Assembly (NCBI GenBank): GCA_913009895.1
Contig: CAJVXY010000002.1
Span: 93,279-157,278, forward strand
Length of the DNA stretch: 64,000 nt
Direction of reading: 5' to 3'
DNA from: an uncultured Acidiferrobacteraceae bacterium
Lineage (GTDB): Bacteria > Pseudomonadota > Gammaproteobacteria > Acidiferrobacterales > SZUA-150
How positions within the stretch are numbered: position 1 is the first letter of the stretch; the number at the start of each line of letters is the position of its first letter. Both the position numbers and the translations under genes were made by a program. The notes beneath the pieces were generated by a model. That model had not been told where the DNA came from. It saw only the letters and a program-made list of their open reading frames with translations, and ran no database searches. Shown piece after piece: positions 1 through 9,100 of this stretch.

Positions 1-1215
1 TACCAGGTCATTAATTTCGGATGCAGAACTTGTGGCTAATTCAGGCCCGGGCATTCCTGTAGCTTCCGCATTGAGTGCTCTAGAAACATTTGCAATAGGC
101 CTGATTACGGCATATTCATAAATTAATATCCCCAGTATGGTGATAAACGCGCCAATGAAAGCAATTAACCATATGGCATCCGATAATTTCCCCGAGGTTT
201 CCCTCATGGCAACAATATCCTTGGCGGTAAACTCAACAATATTGTCTGTTAGCAGGTTAATTGTTATCCAGATTTGTTTGAACAGGGGGAGTACTTCCTG
301 TTTCATCAATGCCAGGTCTTTTCTCTTTTTGTCCGTGATGTAAAGTTCCATTACTTGTTGGTGATTCTTAAACCATACAGGTACAAGACGTTTTAGTTTT
401 TCAAGAGAAATTTCCAGAGAACTATTAAGGAGTCCATTTTTTTGAAAACTGGTCAGGATATCAAGGTGTACCTGGATTTTGTCAGCTTGTTTATTTCTAT
501 GTAACTTTTGCCGGTTGACAGCATCAAACAGCCTAATGTTTTTTAAATTATTTCTAACGGCTGCGAGATGGTCAAATGAAGACGTCATTACAATCCATTC
601 CCGTTTTAAACTCTGAAAATTATTCTTGACTGTGTCTTTTTGTGAACTCTTAACGTTAATTATTACATTCTCAATACTTGCAGTTACTTGCTTTAAAAAT
701 TCTGTGTCGATGGGTGCCATACGTTTTGAGATAATGCTGGCAACTGGATATATTGCCTTATTGTCTCTTCTAATATTAATTACATCATTAACCTTTCTGC
801 TTAGTTTTTTGATGTAATTGTCCAGTAATATAATAATTTGATCGTTATTTGCAGTATCTTCGTAAAATGAAAGCAGGTTTAGCTCGGGCAATTTTGATAC
901 TAATTCATCAAGTGTCGTGATAATTTCAACTTTGTAGGTATCATTGGGGTCAATAAGGTATTGCTGGAGTGTAGTTTCTATTTGCCAGATTGCATCCGTA
1001 ATCTCGGTTAACAATGCGAGGGTTGTTTGCCTTTCAAAGGTATTTGATACACTGGCTGTGTTTGTGCGCGACACAAGTGAACTGGAAAAATAGGCAGCGA
1101 CAAATAAAAGCACCATAAAAATAAATGATGCAAAAATGATTCGCGAACGAATACTATCCAGACGTATGAATCTAATAAATGAGTGAACACTGGAAATGCG
1201 GGTATCTTGATTCAA
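1..1215 (-). CDS. Sensor protein, N-terminal portion (TM, ~330 aa helical periplasmic domain, TM, HAMP-like linker); 3' end runs off the window
   Basis: Absent from the ORF track because it has no stop inside the window. My manual minus-strand translation is open from the TAA at 1242-1240 down to base 1. Candidate starts are TTG at 1215 or ATG at 1116. It gives IIFASFIFMVLLFVAAYF (TM1), DAIWLIAFIGAFITILGILI (TM2, nt 180-121), then YEYAVIRPIANVSRALNAEATGMPGPELATSSASEINDLV (HAMP-like). The output domain is not visible. Confidence 0.6.
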   Translation of the reverse strand, partial: MNQDTRISSVHSFIRFIRLDSIRSRIIFASFIFMVLLFVAAYFSSSLVSRTNTASVSNTFERQTTLALLTEITDAIWQIETTLQQYLIDPNDTYKVEIITTLDELVSKLPELNLLSFYEDTANNDQIIILLDNYIKKLSRKVNDVINIRRDNKAIYPVASIISKRMAPIDTEFLKQVTASIENVIINVKSSQKDTVKNNFQSLKREWIVMTSSFDHLAAVRNNLKNIRLFDAVNRQKLHRNKQADKIQVHLDILTSFQKNGLLNSSLEISLEKLKRLVPVWFKNHQQVMELYITDKKRKDLALMKQEVLPLFKQIWITINLLTDNIVEFTAKDIVAMRETSGKLSDAIWLIAFIGAFITILGILIYEYAVIRPIANVSRALNAEATGMPGPELATSSASEINDLV

Positions 1216-1432
1216 ATTAAGACCTGCTTGTTTGTTTTCTTATACGGCCAGCGGGATTAACAGGCCCGAACCGGGTCGATGACCCGAAAATCGACAATAC
1301 TTATGCATCTGTCACTGAACTTAAGTATAGAGCCTGAGTCTCATCTGTCACAAAGTATTGCTACTTCTTTGCTATAATCCCTAGCAATAATTATAGTATA
1401 TTTTTAACTTATTGAATGTATGGAGAAAATAA

Positions 1433-2149
1433 TTGAAATTTAATTTTTTGACAGCAATTTTGATGTCCTTGTTGATGTTATCGAGCCAGGCCACCCAGGC
1501 GGGGCCAAAGGAAATCAGGCAACAACTCAAGCAGGCCATGCCCGGCCTTGAAATCAAAGCGATTCGTAAATCGCCCATTAAAGGCCTGTATGAGATCGAG
1601 GTCGGTATGCAAATCGTCTATGCCACAGATGATGGCAAGCACCTGGTGGTTGGTAAAATCATTAAGGTAAAGAATAAAGAGAATTTAACGGAAAAAAGAC
1701 AGCAAGCTCTGCTGGCTAACATGGTCAATGGACTGCCAGAAGATTTAATGATTATTATCAAGCCCAAAAAGGTGAAGCGCACACTTACAATTTTTACTGA
1801 TGTTGACTGCCCATATTGTGCGAAATTACACGAAGAGGTCCCCGAGCTGGTGAAAGCGGGGGTCAGGATTCGATATTTACTTTACCCGAGAAATGGCCCG
1901 GCAACGCCTACTTTCCGCAAATCTGTGGCAGTTTGGTGTTCCAAAGACAGGATCAAGGCCATTGGGATGGCCAAGCGGGGCGAGAAACTTGAATACAGGG
2001 AATGCGATAACCCGGTCATGAAAAATTATAGTTTGGGCAGACATATTGGCATTACCGGTACACCGACTATTATATTGGAAGACGGCAGTATGTTGGGGGG
2101 TTATATGCCTGCCAAACAAATTCTTAAGCGGCTTGGATTGTCAGGTTAG
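1433..2149 (+). CDS. dsbC: Periplasmic thiol:disulfide interchange protein, DsbC/DsbG family
   Basis: Has a signal peptide and the thioredoxin-fold active site DVDCPYCAKLH. Length (238 aa) and C-terminal GTPTII are typical of DsbC. Start codon is TTG. Confidence 0.8.
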   Translation: MKFNFLTAILMSLLMLSSQATQAGPKEIRQQLKQAMPGLEIKAIRKSPIKGLYEIEVGMQIVYATDDGKHLVVGKIIKVKNKENLTEKRQQALLANMVNGLPEDLMIIIKPKKVKRTLTIFTDVDCPYCAKLHEEVPELVKAGVRIRYLLYPRNGPATPTFRKSVAVWCSKDRIKAIGMAKRGEKLEYRECDNPVMKNYSLGRHIGITGTPTIILEDGSMLGGYMPAKQILKRLGLSG

Positions 2150-2219
2150 AGCAGGGGCATTTCAAGAAGCATCATTTTTAAAGAAGGAATGAGCAACGAA
2201 TAAAGAAAAGCCGAGATCC

Positions 2220-3317
2220 TTGTTTCGCCTTTTTGATGCCGTAACAGAGATTTTACGGCTGAGGCGGCAACTATCTGACCTTAAAAGCAGCGTCAAGCAC
2301 AATGCCCAGGTATGGTCAGGGTTCCGGTTTATAGAAATCAGCCTGATTGGCGCCAAGACTTTCGACGAACTTATTGACGGACTGGCGGCCGGTTTCCCCC
2401 AAGCCTTTCCCGAGATAGACTGCATCACACTTGCCTGTTTTGATAATGATTATGAAATTACTCGCCTGTTAACCCAGGGCGGCAGACAGACGCCTCATCC
2501 TGCTTTTGTGCGCCTGGAGCCGGATGACTTATCTATCCTTTTTAGTAATTTTAATCGCCCGATGCTGGGTATCTGTGACGATTCCCTGCAAAGAACTTTT
2601 TTCCCAAATTTTGAAGGCATATTAAATTCTGCCGCAATCTCGCCATTGATTGTTCAAGACCGTTTAATAGGCTCGCTCAACCAGGGTAGCTGTAAAACAA
2701 ACCGGTTTTCAACTTCTTCAGCCACAGACATGTTGCAACACCTGACCGCTGTAACTGCAGTCACGGTTGATAATGTGCTTGTCCATGAACGATTGCGTGA
2801 AGATGGTTTAACCGACCCCCTGACAGGATTATCAAACCGTCGTTTCTTTGAGCGTCGTCTGAAAGAAGAAGTGAAACGCTGGTACCGCAATGACGGCGCC
2901 TTGTCATGCATGATTGTTGATATTGATTTTTTCAAGAAAGTGAATGATCAATATGGTCACCAGGTTGGCGACGATGTACTGAAAGTAGTTTCCACTGAAT
3001 TGGGTAGTGATTTGCGTGCAAGTGATGTGTTGGCCCGTTACGGTGGTGAGGAGTTTGTGCTTTTACTGCCTGAAACAGATGCTAACCATACCGTTGAGAT
3101 TGCTGAACGTTTACGGGAACGTATCGCCAACAAGCAAGACTGGGAATGTTCAGTGCCGGTATCGCTTACCATTTCAATAGGTGTATCGACATTAACCGCT
3201 GCCAACCTTGAGCAAACCCATGCCTGTAACTGGTTAGTCAGACAGGCAGATACCGCATTATATAAAGCCAAGAACCGGGGCCGGAATTGTGTCGTCCAGG
3301 CCCAGGAGTCGGGCTAG
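2220..3317 (+). CDS. Diguanylate cyclase (GGDEF) with N-terminal GAF-like sensory region
   Basis: Contains DPLTGLSNRR, RYGGEEFVLLLPETD and ALYKAKNRGRN, the GGDEF signature. The TTG start is uncertain. Confidence 0.85.
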   Translation: MFRLFDAVTEILRLRRQLSDLKSSVKHNAQVWSGFRFIEISLIGAKTFDELIDGLAAGFPQAFPEIDCITLACFDNDYEITRLLTQGGRQTPHPAFVRLEPDDLSILFSNFNRPMLGICDDSLQRTFFPNFEGILNSAAISPLIVQDRLIGSLNQGSCKTNRFSTSSATDMLQHLTAVTAVTVDNVLVHERLREDGLTDPLTGLSNRRFFERRLKEEVKRWYRNDGALSCMIVDIDFFKKVNDQYGHQVGDDVLKVVSTELGSDLRASDVLARYGGEEFVLLLPETDANHTVEIAERLRERIANKQDWECSVPVSLTISIGVSTLTAANLEQTHACNWLVRQADTALYKAKNRGRNCVVQAQESG

Positions 3318-3333
3318 GGTCCGGTTCTGGTTG

Positions 3334-4311
3334 TTATGCCGATTGTGTACTCCCTGGTGTTAGCAGGTGTAGTAAATTTACGACCGCCAGTAGTAATAAT
3401 GCAGCCACTGCGTTATGGACAGTGACTACTGACAGTGGTAGCTCTGTTAAAACAGAAGTTACTCCCAGCAAAACCTGCAATACAAGAAATACAAGAATAC
3501 TGATGCTGGTGTTGTAGAATCGCTCGTTTAAACCCGACATTTTAATTGCGAGAACTGCCAGGTATATAAAGGTAATAAACGCACCTATCCTGTGCACCAT
3601 GTGTATTGTTAACTGGATATTTCCGGCAATAACCCTTCCCTGGTCGTCCACAGAGAGTCGACGCGATATATCGAAACCATCGCTTAAATTGGCAATAGCT
3701 GTCCAGTCACCGTTACAACCAAGCAGGTTTGTGCAAGCAGGTGCAGCAAAATTAGCACTCGTCCAGGCACCAAACATAATCTGGATAACCAGGATAACCA
3801 GGCCAAGCAGCACCCAGGGTTTCATTGTTGTGAACGCGTGGTTTACCCCCATTTCAAACGGAACTAATCGTTGACTCATCCACCACAGTAAAGCCAGCAT
3901 GGCCATGCCACCCAGCAGGTTTCCCAGTGTGACAATAGGCAAATCCGGTGATGGCGTGTTGTAACCCAGTACAGATAAAAAGACAGTGAGCCCGAATACG
4001 AGCAAAGGAATAAATACGCCAGCGCCCTGGGTAGCACGTCCTCGTAATGCCATATATGCGATACCCAGTACAATAAAGCCTAACAGGGAAGCGGCAATTC
4101 GGTGAATGACACCTGCCCATGTTTTAGGTACAACACTGCGTTCATGAACCAGTGATATTTGGCCATAACACTCCGGCCAGGGCTCACAACTTAAGCCCAC
4201 GCTATCAAGGCGCATATAGGCACTTAATACCACGGCAGCAAATGTCAGTAATAATGCCAGGTTAATCAGGAGTGAATAAAGGTTGGCGGTTGATTTGCTA
4301 TTTGTCACCAT
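3334..4311 (-). CDS. ctaA: Heme A synthase (COX15/CtaA family)
   Basis: Polytopic membrane protein with the Cys pair CEPWPECYG and the HR motifs (VIHRIAASL, HMVHRIGAF) characteristic of CtaA/COX15. Confidence 0.8.
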   Translation of the reverse strand: MVTNSKSTANLYSLLINLALLLTFAAVVLSAYMRLDSVGLSCEPWPECYGQISLVHERSVVPKTWAGVIHRIAASLLGFIVLGIAYMALRGRATQGAGVFIPLLVFGLTVFLSVLGYNTPSPDLPIVTLGNLLGGMAMLALLWWMSQRLVPFEMGVNHAFTTMKPWVLLGLVILVIQIMFGAWTSANFAAPACTNLLGCNGDWTAIANLSDGFDISRRLSVDDQGRVIAGNIQLTIHMVHRIGAFITFIYLAVLAIKMSGLNERFYNTSISILVFLVLQVLLGVTSVLTELPLSVVTVHNAVAALLLLAVVNLLHLLTPGSTQSA

Positions 4312-4442
4312 AATTATTTTATCCCGTTTAAGTTCTGGCTGGGGAATTGTCTATATGTCCGAGAATACACACTAGATAACAGACCCTGGGTAGAAATGTC
4401 AAAAAGCGAATCTGCAAGTATACGTAAACAACGGTTGCAAAC

Positions 4443-4456
4443 TTAACACAGGTCAA
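4443..4456. promoter_or_regulatory. Candidate FNR/Dnr-type box TTAAC-ACAG-GTCAA (reverse complement TTGAC-CTGT-GTTAA)
   Basis: Imperfect palindrome in the divergent ctaA / heme-copper operon intergenic region. It has the same half-sites as the box upstream of nirS (15635-15648). Confidence 0.4.
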
Positions 4457-4670
4457 GTGAATGCGTAGTTGGCAGTGTTCTACTGACAATCTGGCAGTGG
4501 CAGGTTAGTACGAGACATTAAGAATATTATCATAATCTAATATTATGACTGTCGCAGTTATGTTTTTTTTCAGGCGTAAGTGCATGAACGTCTAACCAAT
4601 ATAATGTTACTACTTTGCTGCAATAATGTGGTAGATTGATTTGCAACACTAGGCAATAAAGGTTTCTAAT

Positions 4671-4700
4671 CTAATTCAATATGGTCTAATTCAATATGGA
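4671..4700. repeat. Tandem direct duplication, 2 x 15 bp (ctaattcaatatgg + 1 nt)
   Basis: ctaattcaatatggt at 4671-4685 and ctaattcaatatgga at 4686-4700. The second copy runs into the GGAGGTGG Shine-Dalgarno of the 4712 small ORF. Confidence 0.8.
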
Positions 4701-4711
4701 GGTGGCACCAG

Positions 4712-4870
4712 ATGTCCAATGAAAATCGAGAGGAGAATGAAGAAATTCCAGTAATGCAGCGTATTCTTGATAATCCGTTCCTTTTATTGTTTCTGGGAGT
4801 AGTTATTCCGACTGTGTTTTATATTATTTGGGGGATTATGGAGATTATACACGTACCTATCGCAAAATAA
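4712..4870 (+). CDS. Small single-TM protein (52 aa), possible subunit IIa-like accessory subunit of the downstream heme-copper enzyme
   Basis: Below the ORF-track length cutoff. The ATG is preceded by GGAGGTGG. Translation is MSNENREENEEIPVMQRILDNPFLLLFLGVVIPTVFYIIWGIMEIIHVPIAK, with one hydrophobic helix. It lies directly 5' of subunit II. Confidence 0.5.
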   Translation: MSNENREENEEIPVMQRILDNPFLLLFLGVVIPTVFYIIWGIMEIIHVPIAK

Positions 4871-4926
4871 TTAAGTTAAGAATTTTAACTGGAAAAACTT
4901 TTAACTAAAAAATTGGAGGTAGCACT

Positions 4927-5466
4927 ATGAGCTCCCTTTTACCACCACCAGATCGAATCTGGTGGAAAGAGCCATTAGAAAGAGTAGAGCTAATCTGGGT
5001 CGCCATTGCACTGGTGTGGAGTATTGTTATGTTCTTCATGATGCCTTATTGGCATGTGTACGGAAAACAGAACGTGTCAAACGAGGCCTACAAAACCACG
5101 CCTGAAGCCTTTAAAGCCAAGACTGAAGCAATGGTCGAACAATACACGGTGCGGACAGAGACGGCCGGAAATATACCCGTCGTCAGACCTCCTGTGGGAG
5201 ATGTTTATTTACTGGCACGGTTGTGGGAGTGGTGGCCTATTTTGGAGCTGGAAAAGGACCAGAGCTACCGCTTGCATATTGCATCACTTGACTGGCAACA
5301 CGGTTTTTCACTGCAGCCCGCAAATATCAATCTCCAGGTATTACCTGGTTATGAGATGGTGGTGACCGTCACACCGAATAAGTCTGGTGAATACTCAATT
5401 GTTTGTAACGAATATTGCGGGATCGGCCATCATAGAATGATTGGCAAGATCTACGTAACGGAATAA
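4927..5466 (+). CDS. Heme-copper oxidase superfamily subunit II, CuA-type, ba3-like (single TM plus cupredoxin)
   Basis: CuA ligand pattern DWQHGF ... CNEYCGIGHHRM (H, CxxxCxxxHxxM). The C-terminus VCNEYCGIGHHRMIGKIYVTE closely resembles the Thermus ba3 subunit II C-terminus. At 179 aa with one TM helix it matches B-family architecture. Confidence 0.85.
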   Translation: MSSLLPPPDRIWWKEPLERVELIWVAIALVWSIVMFFMMPYWHVYGKQNVSNEAYKTTPEAFKAKTEAMVEQYTVRTETAGNIPVVRPPVGDVYLLARLWEWWPILELEKDQSYRLHIASLDWQHGFSLQPANINLQVLPGYEMVVTVTPNKSGEYSIVCNEYCGIGHHRMIGKIYVTE

Positions 5467-5478
5467 GGGGAGGAGGAT

Positions 5479-7170
5479 ATGGCAAATAACAACGAATTTC
5501 GCACCTGTCCGGATACCGGATTACAGTTTCACCGACCAGCTGAGACGCTAATGAAGTTAAACGCTGTGGTAGCAGTTGTTTTTCTGCTGGTAGGTGGCAT
5601 CCTGGGTTTATTGTTAGGGTTGACACGATGGCCGGCTATTCATTTGCTTGGCGCATCAGATTTTTACAAAGTACTGACACTCCATGGTATTGATGTCTTG
5701 ATTTACTGGATCATTTTCTTTGAAATAGCAGTACTTTATTTTACATCATCGACGTTATTGAAATGTCGGCTGGCAACACCGCGTATGGCCTGGCTGGCTT
5801 TTGCACTAATGTTGATCGGTGCCGTCACTAATAATGTTGCAATTTTGCAAGGCAATTCCAGTGTGATGTTTACGTCTTACGTACCAATGCAGGCAGACCC
5901 GATGTTTTATCTTGGCCTGATTCTGTTTGCTGTTGGGGCGCTCATTGCCAGTTTTGTTTTTCTTGGAACCCTGGTGATTGCCCGGGCCGAGAAGACATAT
6001 GAGGGGTCTATGCCGTTGGTGACTTTTGGTGCCCTGACAGCAGCTATAATTGCAATATTTACCATTGCCTCGGGCGCGATCATTTTAATACCGACATTTT
6101 TATGGTCGGTGGGCTTGATTGAAGGTATTGATCCGATTATGTACCGGGTGATCTGGTGGGCCTTCGGCCATTCCTCGCAGCAAATCAACATGGCCACCAT
6201 GGTTGCAGTGTGGTATGCCGTCGCTGCCGTTGCGTTTGGTGCCAAGCCTTTGTCAGAAAAAATGTGTCGCAGCGCTTTCCTGTTGTACATATTGTTCCTG
6301 CAACTCGCTAGTGCCCATCATATACTCGTGGATCCTGGCATTAGTTCAACCTGGAAAATATTTAATACCAGTTATGCCATGTACCTGGCGGTGCTTGCCA
6401 GTATGATTCATGGCTTGACAGTTCCAGGCGCAATCGAGGCCGCTCAGCGCAAACGGGGTTTCAATAAAGGTTTGTTCGAATGGTTGCGCAAGGCACCCTG
6501 GAGCAATCCCTCATTTTCCGGCGTATTCCTGTCTATCATTATTTTTGGGTTCCTGGGCGGCATATCAGGCGTAGTGATGGGGACTGAGCAAATTAACCTG
6601 ATTATCCATAATACCCTTTATGTACCAGGACACTTTCATGCGACAGTTGCTACCGGTACAACCCTGGCCTTTATGGCTTTAACGTATTGGTTAGTGCCGG
6701 TATTGTTTCGTCGCCAGGTAATTTTTCCAAAGCTTGCAAGTTTGCAACCGTACCTTTTTGGCTTGGGCATGTCAGGGGTCGCCTTGTTTATGATGGGCGC
6801 AGGAACACTTGGCATACCGCGACGGCATTGGGATATTACCTTCGCCGACTCACCATTGACTCATAATTTCCCGGAGATGGCCAACGCGTTGCTCGGTTTC
6901 ATGGGCGTATCAGTACTCCTGGCCGTGGTAGGTGGCGGCCTATTCTGTTTACTGATAGTAGGTTCATTATTATTTGGCAAGCGTTTGAGCCTGACTGAGA
7001 AGGGCGAAACGCCGTTGATAGCAGAACCCGTTACCAGTTACGAAGGTGTTGGAATTGGTAAAATAGTGGCACCGGGGACACTGGTGCTGGCGATGGTGTT
7101 TTTGACAGCATTCGTTCTCTACTATTTTATTAACTGGAAATTCCTGTCGCAGACCTGGGGTTTGAGTTGA
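5479..7170 (+). CDS. Heme-copper oxidase superfamily subunit I, B-family-like, lacking the helix-VI cross-link tyrosine; candidate NO reductase (sNOR/eNOR-type)
   Basis: 563 aa. Ligand His are H69 (LTLHG), H231 (GHSSQQ), H280/H281 (SAHHIL) and H385/H387 (PGHFHAT). These parallel ba3 H72/H233/H282/H283/H384/H386. Position 235, equivalent to ba3 Y237, is Gln. Confidence 0.85.
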   Translation: MANNNEFRTCPDTGLQFHRPAETLMKLNAVVAVVFLLVGGILGLLLGLTRWPAIHLLGASDFYKVLTLHGIDVLIYWIIFFEIAVLYFTSSTLLKCRLATPRMAWLAFALMLIGAVTNNVAILQGNSSVMFTSYVPMQADPMFYLGLILFAVGALIASFVFLGTLVIARAEKTYEGSMPLVTFGALTAAIIAIFTIASGAIILIPTFLWSVGLIEGIDPIMYRVIWWAFGHSSQQINMATMVAVWYAVAAVAFGAKPLSEKMCRSAFLLYILFLQLASAHHILVDPGISSTWKIFNTSYAMYLAVLASMIHGLTVPGAIEAAQRKRGFNKGLFEWLRKAPWSNPSFSGVFLSIIIFGFLGGISGVVMGTEQINLIIHNTLYVPGHFHATVATGTTLAFMALTYWLVPVLFRRQVIFPKLASLQPYLFGLGMSGVALFMMGAGTLGIPRRHWDITFADSPLTHNFPEMANALLGFMGVSVLLAVVGGGLFCLLIVGSLLFGKRLSLTEKGETPLIAEPVTSYEGVGIGKIVAPGTLVLAMVFLTAFVLYYFINWKFLSQTWGLS

Positions 7171-7291
7171 CCCGTGTTTCAGTAAGTTAATGCCTGGCAG
7201 GTAGTTTCAGGATGCCTGCCTGGCGATCATTTGTGATGGCCATAGCTGGTGAGGAAAAGTTGATATAAAAACTTAATCGAAAATAAATACT

Positions 7292-8161
7292 ATGCTGAGT
7301 TTACTCGTTAATGTTTTTAAACTTAGAATCGGCTTGCTGATTGCACTAACAGCGTTAGCCGGATTTGCAGTTACGCCTGGCAGGGATTTGGCATCCTGGC
7401 AAATTGCTGTTCTGGGCCTGCTGGTGCTGATGTCTTCAGCCAGTGCTGGTGCCTTTAACCAGTATGCTGAACGAGATCTGGATGCGAACATGAAGCGTAC
7501 CCGGAATCGGCCGTTTGTCACGGGTGAGCTCAATCATAATAGTACCTGGTTATGGGGTATTGCAGGATTATTGGTATTCGCCGTAACCACAGCTGCCTGG
7601 TTATTTAATGCAGCCACCGCATTTTATATTTTTATGGGTGCATTTGTGTATGCGGTGATTTATACCGTATGGCTTAAGAGAAGAAGTGTATTAAATATAG
7701 TTATCGGTGGTCTGGCGGGTAGTTTTGCAGTACTTGGCGGGGCTGCTGCTGCTGATCCCAACCTGGGTCCAGTGGCAATATTACTGGCAGTGGTATTATT
7801 TTTATGGACACCTCCGCACTTCTGGAGCCTGGCGATTGCCCTGCACAAGGACTATGCGGCAGCCAGGGTGCCAATGTTGCCCGTGGTAGTTGGCGATGCT
7901 GCTGCTGCTAAAATTATTTTTACCAATACGGTGTTGCTGGTAATTGCATCATTGGCACCGGTTTATTATGGCCTTGGCTGGGTGTATTTAATTTGTGCAA
8001 TGTCAGGCGGTATATATTTTCTTTATAAAAGCTATCAACTTATCTATACACCTACAAAAAAGATGGCGATGGCCAATTTTTTTGCCTCGATTATCCAGCT
8101 TTCCCTGATCCTGATTGGTGTTATGCTTGATACACAGTTTACAAGATGGGAAGTTTTTTGA
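7292..8161 (+). CDS. ctaB: Protoheme IX farnesyltransferase (heme O synthase)
   Basis: UbiA-family motif NQYAERDLDANMKRTRNRP in a polytopic protein of 289 aa. Confidence 0.85.
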   Translation: MLSLLVNVFKLRIGLLIALTALAGFAVTPGRDLASWQIAVLGLLVLMSSASAGAFNQYAERDLDANMKRTRNRPFVTGELNHNSTWLWGIAGLLVFAVTTAAWLFNAATAFYIFMGAFVYAVIYTVWLKRRSVLNIVIGGLAGSFAVLGGAAAADPNLGPVAILLAVVLFLWTPPHFWSLAIALHKDYAAARVPMLPVVVGDAAAAKIIFTNTVLLVIASLAPVYYGLGWVYLICAMSGGIYFLYKSYQLIYTPTKKMAMANFFASIIQLSLILIGVMLDTQFTRWEVF

Positions 8162-9000
8162 ACTTAAAGCAGAAAAAAGTTTTAATTTTTTTTGTTGTTT
8201 TATTGTTGTTTTTTTCTCCAGCACACTGGCTGGCAGCTGCGGAAACACCTGTAACCAGCAAACCTGAGTTACGGAAATTTGAAAAATCCTCGGCTTTGGT
8301 AACCAGCCAGGGCGCCATTGGCCACGTAACCGGTGATTATACGTTCTACGATCGCCAGCAGCGAAAGGTACTACTCTCAAGCTATCGCGGTAAACCCCTG
8401 ATCATAAGTTTGATATTTACAAGCTGCCATCATATCTGTCCGACAACTACACAAAATTTAGCGAATGTGGTTAAACTTGCCCAGGAGGTTCTGGGTGAAG
8501 ATAGTTTTAACATTGTTAGCATCGGCTTTGATGTACAAAATGACACGCCTGATGCGATGCGCAATTTTGCAATTCAACAAGGCGTGGATGAAATACCTGG
8601 CTGGGAATTTTTAAGTGCTGACGCACCTACAATAAATGCATTGACTGGTGAACTGGGTTTCCAGTTCTTTCCTTCGGCAGGTGGGTTTGATCATTTAATC
8701 CAAACCAGCCTGATCGATGCCGAGGGCGCTGTATATCGCCAAGTGTATGGTACAAAATTCAATACACCATTACTGGTAGATCCATTAAAAGAGCTGGTTT
8801 TTGGGCGACCGGTTAAAGGTTCGCTGGTAACATCGATACACAATAGAATTCGGCTGTTTTGTACTGTCTATGACCCGGCAAGTGGTCGTTATATTTTTGA
8901 TTACTCCCTTTTTGTCGGGATGATTATTGGTTTTATAATATTAATTTCAATTTCTATATGGCTGGTTCGTGAATGGCGAAAATCAGCCACAAGTAAATGA
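8146..9000 (+). CDS. senC: SCO1/SenC family copper chaperone, with N-terminal signal and C-terminal TM helix
   Basis: Thioredoxin-like CxxxC site (FTSCHHICPTT) plus a downstream conserved His (GGFDHLIQTSLID). The C-terminal hydrophobic helix is FVGMIIGFIILISISIWLV. Overlaps the ctaB stop. Confidence 0.75.
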   Translation: MGSFLNLKQKKVLIFFVVLLLFFSPAHWLAAAETPVTSKPELRKFEKSSALVTSQGAIGHVTGDYTFYDRQQRKVLLSSYRGKPLIISLIFTSCHHICPTTTQNLANVVKLAQEVLGEDSFNIVSIGFDVQNDTPDAMRNFAIQQGVDEIPGWEFLSADAPTINALTGELGFQFFPSAGGFDHLIQTSLIDAEGAVYRQVYGTKFNTPLLVDPLKELVFGRPVKGSLVTSIHNRIRLFCTVYDPASGRYIFDYSLFVGMIIGFIILISISIWLVREWRKSATSK

Positions 9001-9100
9001 GAAAAATAATACAAGTAACAAGTAAGTGCAGAATTACATTATGGTATCTTTTTCTCGATATGCGTAAAGTTCGGTATTGTTTAATTAAAGGAGCCTCTCT

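Noticed and set aside
4530-4548. Perfect 7-bp inverted repeat TCATAAT-ctaat-ATTATGA in the ctaA / heme-copper intergenic region, as an operator.
   Set aside because: It consists almost entirely of A/T in an AT-rich intergenic region and could easily arise by chance. It matches no regulator motif I recognise.
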